Shown here piece after piece: positions 34,454-43,104 of a stretch of DNA of 64,000 bases. The first letter of the stretch is position 1. Every line of letters begins with the position of its first letter. The translations under genes and the position numbers were made by a program. The notes beneath the pieces are model-generated. The model was not told where the DNA came from, did no database searches, and saw only the letters and a list, made by a program, of their open reading frames with translations. This stretch comes from an uncultured Eubacteriales bacterium (GTDB lineage: Bacteria; Bacillota; Clostridia; Oscillospirales; CAG-382): positions 2,951 to 66,950 of the forward strand of contig CAKSUT010000007.1 in the NCBI GenBank assembly GCA_934502885.1, written 5' to 3'.

Positions 34454-34780
34454 TTAATTTTGTCCGACGTGCCAAAGACATTTTTTCAAGTTTACGTTTC
34501 CGTTTTCGTCGAACTCCACGCCCTCATTCTCAAGCATTTCACGCTGTACGTCCTCGCCTCCGAACGCAAATGCCGGTGCCGGTCTTCCGAAACGGTTGAC
34601 CACTCTGTGGCACGGTACGACTCCGGGACGTGGATTTACGTGGAGTGCATATCCGACAATTCTGCTTCTTCGCGGATTGCCCGTCATTGCGGCTATCATT
34701 CCGTAGGTCGCGACCTTGCCGCGCGGAATCTTTTCGACGATCGAATATATAAGCTCAAAAAGTCCGTCGCTTTCTCTCAT
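34454..34780 (-). CDS. MGMT-family protein (methylated-DNA-protein-cysteine methyltransferase DNA-binding domain only)
   Basis: 108 aa. IPRGKVATYGMIA and PCHRVV (active-site Cys retained). The start overlaps the upstream stop (ATGA). Confidence 0.85.
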   Translation of the reverse strand: MRESDGLFELIYSIVEKIPRGKVATYGMIAAMTGNPRRSRIVGYALHVNPRPGVVPCHRVVNRFGRPAPAFAFGGEDVQREMLENEGVEFDENGNVNLKKCLWHVGQN

Positions 34781-35619
34781 AAGCTGCCGCCTTTCAGTTT
34801 CTTTTCGAGTGCCTCCACGGCATATGCGGCAAAATCGTCGTTGCAGTTATGGGGAATTACGCTGTCCGCCGCGCGCTTTGCGCAGTCGTAAGCATTTGAC
34901 GGAACGAACGAAAAATCCGCCTTTTCGAGCATCACTACGTCATTTTCGTTGTCGCCGAGAGCGCACACAGTTTTCACACCGAGGAGGCGGCGCAACTTTT
35001 CGAGAGCGAAGCCCTTGTCGGTTCTTGCCGACAGTATCTCGACGGAGAGTCTGTAGGTGCGAAGCACTCTCATTCCGTCGGGAAGCTCAAGAGAGGTGAG
35101 ATAATCGAAAAGCTCTTTCGACTCCTCCTCGGTGTCCGACCAAAAGTCGAGCTTTATCCACGGCGACGGGACGTCATTTTCCGAGAAGCCGGAAATATAG
35201 TTGCTCTTACACGCAACTATCGACAAAAGAAGCTTTGCCGCAAGGCTTTCGGAATTGTAAATGTTCATAACGTTCATCGTTTCCGGTATAATGCTTGCGT
35301 TCGGAAAGCGCTCCGCCGTGAGCCTTGCGAAATCTCTCGCCCGCTCCGGCAGGCACTCCGAAAATACGACGGCGTCGTCTCCGCTTTTCGAGAAGTCGTA
35401 TATCATACCGCCGTTGTAGCAGATGCACGGCGCATTCGGCTTTATCCTGTCTCCGTACATCGAGAGATTATCGGGGTTTCTGCCCGACGCAAACGCAAAG
35501 AGTCCGCCGTTCGCCTTGAAGTACTCTATTGCATCGATGTTTCTTTTCGACACTCTGCTGTCCTCCGAGAGAAGAGTGCCGTCCATGTCGCTTACCATAA
35601 GCGTGCCGTCGAATATCAT
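34777..35619 (-). CDS. Cof-type HAD-IIB family hydrolase
   Basis: Start ATG 35619 overlaps the upstream TGA (ATGA). DMDGTLL motif I and GDNENDVVML motif IV. Confidence 0.85.
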   Translation of the reverse strand: MIFDGTLMVSDMDGTLLSEDSRVSKRNIDAIEYFKANGGLFAFASGRNPDNLSMYGDRIKPNAPCICYNGGMIYDFSKSGDDAVVFSECLPERARDFARLTAERFPNASIIPETMNVMNIYNSESLAAKLLLSIVACKSNYISGFSENDVPSPWIKLDFWSDTEEESKELFDYLTSLELPDGMRVLRTYRLSVEILSARTDKGFALEKLRRLLGVKTVCALGDNENDVVMLEKADFSFVPSNAYDCAKRAADSVIPHNCNDDFAAYAVEALEKKLKGGSL

Positions 35620-36143
35620 TCTGCGTCCTTTCCCGAGCTGAGCGTTATGTAATAGGGGCATATATCGGAATACGTGCCGTCGTCGTTTCTGAAGCCGCCG
35701 TGTATAGTTCCGAGCTGAGTAAAGCCGACCTTTTCGTAAAGCTTTCTTGCCGCAGTGTTTGTCGCAACAACGGCGTTAAACTGAAGCACATGGAAGCCCT
35801 TTTCACCCGCAACCTTAACGCAGTCCCTGACGAGCTTTTCACCGACGTGCTTTCCTCTGCTATCCGACGAAACGGCATAGCTTGCGTTGCATATGTGACC
35901 GCATCTGCCGATGTTGTTGGGGTGAAGTATGTACATTCCGAGAACCTTTTCGGCGCCGTCGCCGCACTTTTGCACCGCAGCTCCGCAGTAGGTCTGCTCT
36001 GCGAAAAACTTTGCCGCTTCATCGTGCGAAAGCTCGTTCTCCTGCGGAAACGCAATGCCGTCACGCACCACCTCGTTCCACGCCGCACGCATACCGTCGA
36101 TGTCGGCGTCGGTGTATTCTCTTACAAATATTTCGTTTTCCAT
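35616..36143 (-). CDS. GNAT family N-acetyltransferase
   Basis: Start ATG 36143 (AAGGAG SD). Acetyl-CoA loop RGKHVGEKLV; 175 aa. Confidence 0.85.
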   Translation of the reverse strand: MENEIFVREYTDADIDGMRAAWNEVVRDGIAFPQENELSHDEAAKFFAEQTYCGAAVQKCGDGAEKVLGMYILHPNNIGRCGHICNASYAVSSDSRGKHVGEKLVRDCVKVAGEKGFHVLQFNAVVATNTAARKLYEKVGFTQLGTIHGGFRNDDGTYSDICPYYITLSSGKDAE

Positions 36144-36159
36144 GTTTGTGCGCTCCTTG

Positions 36160-36642
36160 TTATTTATGGTATTTACCGCCCGAAGCGATATTGAAAGCAC
36201 GGTACAGCTGTTCGAGAAGCATAACCCTCGCAAGTCTGTGAGGGAAGGTCATCTTCGACATCGAAAGCCGCAGATTGCACGAGCGTTTCACGTCGTCCGA
36301 CAGTCCCTCAGAGCTTCCGATTATAAACGAAATACCCGAATATCCCATCATCGGGAGTTCGCCCACAAGGTGCGCAAGCTCCTCCGACGACAGCTGCTTA
36401 CCCTCTATGCACATCGCTATCTTATAGTTTCTCGGCGAAACGGCGCTCATGATTTTCGCTCCCTCTTTTGCAAGAGCCGCTGAAACTTCGGCGTCGGAGG
36501 GAGAATCCGAAAGTCTCTCGTCCTTCACTACCTTCTCGTGAAAATCGCTATACGCTCCGAGACGCTTTATGTACTCGTTCGCCGCCTCTTTGTAGTAGCT
36601 TTCCTTTTCGCCGCCGGCAAATATAATCTCGGCGTTAAACAT
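36160..36642 (-). CDS. rlmH: 23S rRNA (pseudouridine1915-N3)-methyltransferase
   Basis: Start ATG 36642; 160 aa. SPOUT family, C-terminal SKMTFPHRLARVMLLEQLYRA is typical of RlmH. Confidence 0.9.
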   Translation of the reverse strand: MFNAEIIFAGGEKESYYKEAANEYIKRLGAYSDFHEKVVKDERLSDSPSDAEVSAALAKEGAKIMSAVSPRNYKIAMCIEGKQLSSEELAHLVGELPMMGYSGISFIIGSSEGLSDDVKRSCNLRLSMSKMTFPHRLARVMLLEQLYRAFNIASGGKYHK

Positions 36643-36665
36643 GATCCCACTCCGTTCGATTTGTG

Positions 36666-36694
36666 TTGACAAAATTCCTCATAAGTGCTATACT
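36666..36694 (+). promoter_or_regulatory. sigma-A promoter (extended -10) of the RadC-like gene
   Basis: TTGACA (36666-36671), 17 nt, TGcTATACT (36686-36694). Confidence 0.6.
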
Positions 36695-36775
36695 GTACGC
36701 ATAATTCTATCACAGTGCGGAGTATTTTTCTTTCGTTTTTTGAAAACAATCTGCGACAGAAAAATCACGCCGACG

Positions 36776-37612
36776 ATGATCAAAGAAGAGGTGAGTGCGT
36801 TGAGCGAAAAGAAGAATTACGCCGCAGAGGATGCCGCAAACGGAAAATGTTCGCCGTCCGAGCTTTCGACAGATGAGTTTATCCGCTATATTGCTCTTCT
36901 CTCCGAGCCGCTCATCACTCTCTCCAAGCATTCCGGGGCAACTGCTGAGGATATACTCGGCAGAAATTCCGACATTTCCTCTCTTTCCTCCGAGGAACTC
37001 ATGCGTCTCTTTCTCATTCTCGTAAATAAAAAGCCCGACGCCGGCACGGCAAAGGCTCTTCTTTCAAAGTTCGGTTCTCCCGAGCGTGTGCTTGCCGCTC
37101 CGGTTGCCGCACTCGAAAATATTTCCGGGGTCGGCTTTGATACCGCAGTGAGACTGAGCCTTGCGCACAGCATCGTAATCCGTGCGCTGAACGGAAACAC
37201 TTCCGCAGGAAAAGCAGGATCAAATCCGGCGAAAAACGCAGAGCTTCTTCTTTCGGGCAGAATAAGCGCACTTTCGAGCGAATCGTTCGCGTATGTCTTC
37301 ACCGACGAAAAAAGCCGTCCGATCCGTATTTTCACGGTGCGCGGAGAGGCGTCAGCCGAAATATCGGTGTCGGCAGGTGAAATAATAGAAAACGCCGCCT
37401 ACCTCGGTACGCACACATTGTTCGCCGCTCACAATCACCCGGACGGCAGTGCGGTGTCGCGGCGCGACATAGAATCGACGGCGGTTCTCCGCAAAAAGCT
37501 CTCCGACTTCTCCGTAAAGCTTGAGGAGCATTTCGTCTTTTCGAGAGGCACTGCCGATACGAAAGCAACGACCTATTACATAATACGCGATTACATAGAT
37601 ATCGCAAAGTAA
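36776..37612 (+). CDS. RadC-like JAB/MPN domain protein
   Basis: C-terminal JAB motif HNHPDGSAVSRRD, and a helix-hairpin-helix region (LAAPVAALENISGVGFDTAVRL). The start is uncertain: ATG 36776 has a poor SD; TTG 36800 has AAGAGGTG 7 nt upstream. Confidence 0.7.
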   Translation: MIKEEVSALSEKKNYAAEDAANGKCSPSELSTDEFIRYIALLSEPLITLSKHSGATAEDILGRNSDISSLSSEELMRLFLILVNKKPDAGTAKALLSKFGSPERVLAAPVAALENISGVGFDTAVRLSLAHSIVIRALNGNTSAGKAGSNPAKNAELLLSGRISALSSESFAYVFTDEKSRPIRIFTVRGEASAEISVSAGEIIENAAYLGTHTLFAAHNHPDGSAVSRRDIESTAVLRKKLSDFSVKLEEHFVFSRGTADTKATTYYIIRDYIDIAK

Positions 37613-37653
37613 AAACGGAGAGCGTACCGAAAAGCCGCTCTCCGCATTTTTTT
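37611..37653. terminator. bidirectional rho-independent terminator
   Basis: GGAGAGCG (37617-37624) / CGCTCTCC (37636-37643), flanked by A5 and T7. It lies between the convergent RadC-like and MFS genes. Confidence 0.8.
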
Positions 37654-38842
37654 ATTTTGTCTTTTTTCTCATGCCGAGCTTCATAAGCATAAGCACCGTC
37701 AGTACAACCGGGAAAACCGCTGCCGCAAGAATACCCGTTTTGAGGTTGTCTCCGAACGCCGAAGCGGCAATTCCCACAAGAGTCGGACCGCTCGCACAGC
37801 CAAGGTCGCCTCCGAGAGCAAGAAACGAAAACATCGTGTTTCCTCCGCCCTTTATAGACGCAGACGCAGTGCTGTAGGTACCGGGCCAGAGTATGCCGAC
37901 CGAGAAGCCGCAGACAGCAACTCCGATAAGGGAAACAACCGCCGACGAAGAAAGCGACACGGTGAGATAACCGATAATGCAGAGTATACTGCTGTAAAGC
38001 ATCGTTTTTTCGAGATCCATTTTGTCGCCGTACTTGCCGTAAATGACTCTTGAAATACCCATGAGCACCGCAAAGAGTGCGGGACCCACAAGGTCTCCGA
38101 AGGACTTCGATATTCCGAGTGCGCTCTCAACAAATGCACTTGCCCACTGTCCGACGGCAAGCTCGCAGGCACCGGAGCAGGTGATAACGAGAAGCAGTAT
38201 AATGAACACACGGTTCTTGAACAATTCGCCGAGCGTGAGCTTCTTTTCACCCTCCGGTACAAGCTCGCACAGCGGAAGCTTTATGAATATTATGCCGTTG
38301 ACTATCGGGAGAATCGCCCATATAAGCGAGAGAATCTTCCAGTTATGTATTCCGAAAGCCGCAAAGAATGCCGTTGATATAACCGCAACCGCCACGCTTC
38401 CCCAGCAATAGAATGAGTGAAGCAGGCTCATGGTTCTGTCCTTGTGGTCATTGGGACACGCCTCAACGACGGGGCTCACTACAACCTCGATAAGTCCTCC
38501 TCCTATTGCGTAGAAGAAAACCGAGATGAGTATTCCGGCAAAGGGCGGCATACCGGGCATTTCCGGGAGAACCGTCAGAAGAATAAGTCCGAGAGCCGCA
38601 AAGGCGTGGGCGATGAGAAGCGAAGCTCGGTAGCCTATTTTATCGATAAAGAAAGCCGAGGCAAAATCAAGGCAGAGCTGAATGAGAAAATTCAGTGTGA
38701 TAAGTGCCGTGATAAAGCTGAGCGGTATTCCGTAGGACTGCTGAAACGTAACGAACAATAGAGGTGCGAAGGTGTTGACGACCGCCTGAATAATATAGCT
38801 CACAAAGCAGGCTGCTATCGTCTTGTTGTAGTTTTGCTGCAT
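37652..38842 (-). CDS. MFS transporter
   Basis: Start ATG 38842, inside the listed 38923 ORF. 12 predicted TM helices. Last gene of the GH36-GH78 operon. Confidence 0.85.
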   Translation of the reverse strand: MQQNYNKTIAACFVSYIIQAVVNTFAPLLFVTFQQSYGIPLSFITALITLNFLIQLCLDFASAFFIDKIGYRASLLIAHAFAALGLILLTVLPEMPGMPPFAGILISVFFYAIGGGLIEVVVSPVVEACPNDHKDRTMSLLHSFYCWGSVAVAVISTAFFAAFGIHNWKILSLIWAILPIVNGIIFIKLPLCELVPEGEKKLTLGELFKNRVFIILLLVITCSGACELAVGQWASAFVESALGISKSFGDLVGPALFAVLMGISRVIYGKYGDKMDLEKTMLYSSILCIIGYLTVSLSSSAVVSLIGVAVCGFSVGILWPGTYSTASASIKGGGNTMFSFLALGGDLGCASGPTLVGIAASAFGDNLKTGILAAAVFPVVLTVLMLMKLGMRKKTK

Positions 38843-38876
38843 GATAAATGTACTCCGTTGCAAAAATGTAATTCGA

Positions 38877-41800
38877 TTATGCGCCGATATTCTCCGCGAT
38901 AAAGGAGTATACTCCGGATTCAAGCTCGAGGACGATTTTTCCCGAGTCCTTCGATACGACGCTCAATCCCGAAACGCCGCTTTCGACCTTATTTCCGCTC
39001 TCGCTCACAACGGCATTACCGGATATCGGGAGAGTAAGCGTTGCCGAGGTGTTTGCAGGCACGGTGCATTCGTAGGTGTAGCCTTTCTCGGTCTTCTTCC
39101 ACGCGCTCTTTATTACGCCGTTCGCCGAGACATATTCGCCGTTTGCATACTCAAGGCTTTCGGGCTTCGGAGAAAGGTCAAAATGTTTGTAACCGGCGTT
39201 CGTGTGAACACGATCGTGGTCTATGCCGAGTATATCCGTGTAGAGCCAGCGCACGGGAGAACCCTGTACGTAGTGGTTGTGCGAACCGCCGGTATAGCTC
39301 TCCCACGTCGTCGTTGCGTCCATGGTCACGGGGTAAAGGAGCGACGGTGCTTTCGTGTTGCGAAGAAGCTTATATGCGGCGTCGGTTTTGCCGTTGTCGG
39401 AAAGTGCGTCGAGAATATAGCTTATGCCGATGAAGCCGACCGTCTGACAGCCGTCCGAGCTTTCGATGAGTGCGCAGAGCTTATCAGCCGCCGCGCTCTT
39501 TTTCTCGGGCGATTCGTAGAGGTCGAAGTAAAGTCCCATGACATATGAGGTCTGAGAGTTTGCCTTCGAGGTGACGCCGTCCTCTTCGAGGAAGTTTTTG
39601 CGCCATGCGTCGGCAAACTTTCCGGAAAGCTCTTTGTAGTAAGCCGCATCGTCGGCATTTTCGAGTATTTCGGCGATCTCCGATATAAGAGAACACGAAT
39701 AAGCGGTGTACGCCGTCGCTATCTCGGAATAAGAGGTTTCGCGCTTCACGACGTCCTTTCCGGTTCCGCCGTATTCCTTTTCGCTGTAGCCGAAGTTCTC
39801 CTTACCGTTATTGTATGCAAGATGGTCGCCGTAGTTACCGTCTTTTCTTACGTAGTCGCCGTTTTCGGGGTCAAGCTTGTATTTCAGAAGATACGATATC
39901 CACGCCTTCATGGAGTCGTAGTTTTCCGTAAGAATGTCGCGGTTGCCGTACTGCATATAAAGCTCATACGGTATCGTGACTATGGCGTCCGACCAGCCTG
40001 CCGGCGTTTTTGTCGTGTTCGACGTGCCTCTTGACGGAATTATCTCGGGGACTGCGCCGCCGTCCGACATACTCGAACGCATCATTTCAAGGAAATTGCC
40101 GTAAAGGCTTCTGACATCGGAATTGAACGCCGCCGTCTTTGCGAAAATCTGAGCATCTCCCGTCCAGCCGTTCTTTTCGCGTGTCGGGCAGTCGGTGAGA
40201 TTCGAGACGAAGTTGCTTCTCTGCGACATGAGCGTATTCTCGTAGTAGCGGTTGAGAAGCGCGTCGGAGCTTTCAAAGCTTCCGGTTCTCTTTGTGTCGT
40301 TCGATATCATATATGCGGTGATATCCCCGTCTTTCACCGCCTCCGCAAGACCTTCAATCATAAGGTAACGGAAGCCGTGGTAAACAAGCGTGGGAGAGAA
40401 CGTCTCGCCGCCGGTTTCTCCGCGGAAGATGTACGTGTCCGTGCCGTTGTGACCGAGCATATAACCGATTTCGGGTTTGCCGGTCTCGGAATTAAGGTAC
40501 TCACCGTAAGTAAACGTGACGCTCTTGCCGCTCTCGCCGGCCATCTTCACCGAAACGACACCTGCCATATTCTGACCGAAGTCGTAGACATACACGCCCT
40601 CTTCGGGGTTCGTAACCGCAATCGGACGGTAAGCCGTTATTTTTCTCACGGGTTCTGTTGCCTCCGCCGTAAGCACGCCGGGAGAGAACGTACCCTGCAT
40701 GAGAAGGTCGGGAGAAGTGCAGACCTTCGCGTTCTGCCAGTCGGAACAGCCGCCGTAGAGCGACATATCGCTCTTTTCAAGTCTTGCGTCGTACTGCTCA
40801 CCGTCGTAGAAGTCCGCACTGACGACAGGTCCTGCACTCGAGTACTTCCAGCCGTCGCCCGTGACAATGCTTTCCTCACTGCCGTCCTCGTAAATAAGCA
40901 CGAGCTTTGCGATAAATGCGTTTTTGTCGCCGTAAGAGCCGCCGACTATGGAGGAATTGTACCAGCCGTCGCCGACAATTGCCGCTATGGCGTTCTTCTC
41001 GGTGATGAGGCTTGTGACGTCGTAGGTCTGATAATAAATCTTTTCGTTGTACGCCGTTCTTCCGGGAGAAAGGAGCGAATCGCCGAGCTTTTTGCCGTTG
41101 AGGTAAACCTCGTATGCTCCGAGTGCCGAAGCGTAAAGCCTTGCGCCGGCGACCTTCTTCGCTGTCGTGAAGTCGTATCGATACATCGGCACGCCGCCCT
41201 TTTCGCCGTCGTAAAGAACTCCGCCGGATTCGTCGAGTATGCGGATGTACTCAAATTCCGCGCTCTCTCCGCCCGAGAGTCTTTCGCGCACCTTGCCTAT
41301 CGGGAACGGATCGACATTGTTTGTGGAGACAAGCTTATCGTTTATGTAGGTTGTGATAATGCCGCCGTTAATTTTAATGCTCATCGTGACGGGAGCTTTT
41401 GAGGCGTCCTCCGCCGTGGGAAACATATCCTTGAGCGACACCTCGGGAAGGTAGCTCCAAGAGCCTGCGTTGTAAATGTGCGGACGAAGCACGGCATAGC
41501 CCTTGTTCGAGGTGTTGAACTGCCACATATAGTAGAAGTCCTCGTTCTCGTTGAAGCCGAACGACACACCTGCGGCGTTTTTGCCGAGAGTGAACTTCGC
41601 CTCTACCCTGCCGACCGTGTCGGTGCAGTAGTATTCGTCTTCGCAGATCCACACCGCGTCCGACATACCGCCGTCCATGAGTCCCGTTTCAAAGTACGCG
41701 ACTTTGCTCTTCACTTCGCCGGACTTTGCGGTATTCGCCGTAACCTGCCAATAATATCTGCTCGACTTTGCGAGTCTGCCGACAAGCACGGGAGTTTTGG

Positions 41801-43076
41801 GAGCGTTTTCATCCTCTGCGTCAACCTCAGCTTCAATAAGCGGCATAACCGCAAAGCTGTCCGACGACTCAACTACTCCGGAATCCCAGACGTTGTAATC
41901 GCCGCTTGCGAGAAAGTCGGGAGAGGTTGCAACGCCTATTCTGTAGGAGAGCTGTTTCTCACCTCTGACATCGGCAGGAGATGCGTAGTACCACTCGAAC
42001 CGAGGCGAGGAATTGTCCATGCCTATGGGGTTTGTGCAGCTATCTGTCGTCATGCCACGTATCTCTGTCTTTGCCGGGAGTGAGGTATCGGGAGCTTTTG
42101 CATTTTCGGTGAGGTAGGTTTCGTAGTCGAACTCACCCTTCACGTCGCCGGCAAAAACGAGGTCGCATCTGCCGTTCTCATAGCTCTCGATTCTCTCGGG
42201 TGCAAAAAATGCGTCGTATACTACGCCGACGGCTTTCAATATGCCGTAGCGCACGTTTGACACGGCGACAAGCTTATCGCCGAAATTTCTGAGTGCGTAG
42301 CCGTTTGCGGGAGCTATCGTAAGGAGACTCGAAGCGTCGTCCGACTTTCCGCCGAAAACGATAAGCCCTCTCGCCGAACCGACCTTTTCGTCGCCCTCGG
42401 GAAGTATCGGGAGTCTCGTTCCGGTGAGATCGTAGATTTTGTCGGCAAGGTCGGCTATGGCATTTTTCTCGGTGAGCGTCACCTCGTCTCCGACGACGAC
42501 GGCGCATTCCGCGAGCGGCGTCTGACCGACAAACGCGGTCTTTATCGGGTATTCGTGCTCATACTTATAGGCGACGTCGCCGCACTTAAGCGTTCCGTCC
42601 GAAAGCTTCGGAAGAAACTCCGACACAAAATACTCAGCCGCCGCTTTGAGAGCCGCGGAAGACTTTGCGGCAATGTAAATCTTGTGATCTACGCCCTTTA
42701 TCTCATAATCGCCGTCCTTAAAATCAGAAACGTCGATATTGCCGTCTCTGTTGGTCGTGCCGACGAGTATCTCCTTTGCCGGAGGATTATCCTTTCCGGC
42801 AAAGTCGGTCTTTATTCCGGCGTCGGTGTATCCGAGACCGTCAAAGGCGTCCTTTATTTTCTTTGAAATATCGAGGACATCCGTATCGGCACTGTCGGAA
42901 CGGATAATGACATAGCCGTTCATGGTGTCGTCAACGACCTCCTCGGCGTTCTCCGATGAGAGCCACGGTATAAACCTTGCTATGCCGTCGGGAATACTGC
43001 ATGAGGTGAGAGAAAGCGTGAGAATCACCGCAAGCAGTACCGCCGCCGATTTTACGGCAGTCTTATTGATTATCAT
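38877..43076 (-). CDS. alpha-L-rhamnosidase (GH78) lipoprotein with a ~350-aa N-terminal extension
   Basis: Start ATG 43076 (AAGGAAG SD). Lipobox LSLTSC. GH78 blocks ARLYASALGAYEVYLNGKKLGD..YQTYDVT, LVYHGFRYLMIEGL, and NLTDCPTREKNGWTGDAQ. Confidence 0.88.
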   Translation of the reverse strand: MIINKTAVKSAAVLLAVILTLSLTSCSIPDGIARFIPWLSSENAEEVVDDTMNGYVIIRSDSADTDVLDISKKIKDAFDGLGYTDAGIKTDFAGKDNPPAKEILVGTTNRDGNIDVSDFKDGDYEIKGVDHKIYIAAKSSAALKAAAEYFVSEFLPKLSDGTLKCGDVAYKYEHEYPIKTAFVGQTPLAECAVVVGDEVTLTEKNAIADLADKIYDLTGTRLPILPEGDEKVGSARGLIVFGGKSDDASSLLTIAPANGYALRNFGDKLVAVSNVRYGILKAVGVVYDAFFAPERIESYENGRCDLVFAGDVKGEFDYETYLTENAKAPDTSLPAKTEIRGMTTDSCTNPIGMDNSSPRFEWYYASPADVRGEKQLSYRIGVATSPDFLASGDYNVWDSGVVESSDSFAVMPLIEAEVDAEDENAPKTPVLVGRLAKSSRYYWQVTANTAKSGEVKSKVAYFETGLMDGGMSDAVWICEDEYYCTDTVGRVEAKFTLGKNAAGVSFGFNENEDFYYMWQFNTSNKGYAVLRPHIYNAGSWSYLPEVSLKDMFPTAEDASKAPVTMSIKINGGIITTYINDKLVSTNNVDPFPIGKVRERLSGGESAEFEYIRILDESGGVLYDGEKGGVPMYRYDFTTAKKVAGARLYASALGAYEVYLNGKKLGDSLLSPGRTAYNEKIYYQTYDVTSLITEKNAIAAIVGDGWYNSSIVGGSYGDKNAFIAKLVLIYEDGSEESIVTGDGWKYSSAGPVVSADFYDGEQYDARLEKSDMSLYGGCSDWQNAKVCTSPDLLMQGTFSPGVLTAEATEPVRKITAYRPIAVTNPEEGVYVYDFGQNMAGVVSVKMAGESGKSVTFTYGEYLNSETGKPEIGYMLGHNGTDTYIFRGETGGETFSPTLVYHGFRYLMIEGLAEAVKDGDITAYMISNDTKRTGSFESSDALLNRYYENTLMSQRSNFVSNLTDCPTREKNGWTGDAQIFAKTAAFNSDVRSLYGNFLEMMRSSMSDGGAVPEIIPSRGTSNTTKTPAGWSDAIVTIPYELYMQYGNRDILTENYDSMKAWISYLLKYKLDPENGDYVRKDGNYGDHLAYNNGKENFGYSEKEYGGTGKDVVKRETSYSEIATAYTAYSCSLISEIAEILENADDAAYYKELSGKFADAWRKNFLEEDGVTSKANSQTSYVMGLYFDLYESPEKKSAAADKLCALIESSDGCQTVGFIGISYILDALSDNGKTDAAYKLLRNTKAPSLLYPVTMDATTTWESYTGGSHNHYVQGSPVRWLYTDILGIDHDRVHTNAGYKHFDLSPKPESLEYANGEYVSANGVIKSAWKKTEKGYTYECTVPANTSATLTLPISGNAVVSESGNKVESGVSGLSVVSKDSGKIVLELESGVYSFIAENIGA

Positions 43077-43104
43077 TTTACGGTACTTCCTTTCTTCCCG
43101 TTTT

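Noticed and set aside
30220-34891. Long plus-strand ORFs (30220-31332, 31576-32871, 33593-34891). Similar ones lie at 6993-8147, 15000-16046, 40377-41402, 43399-43986 and 44662-45363.
   Set aside because: All lie antisense within minus-strand genes that have signal peptides or catalytic motifs. None has an SD or a start context, and none shows family motifs.
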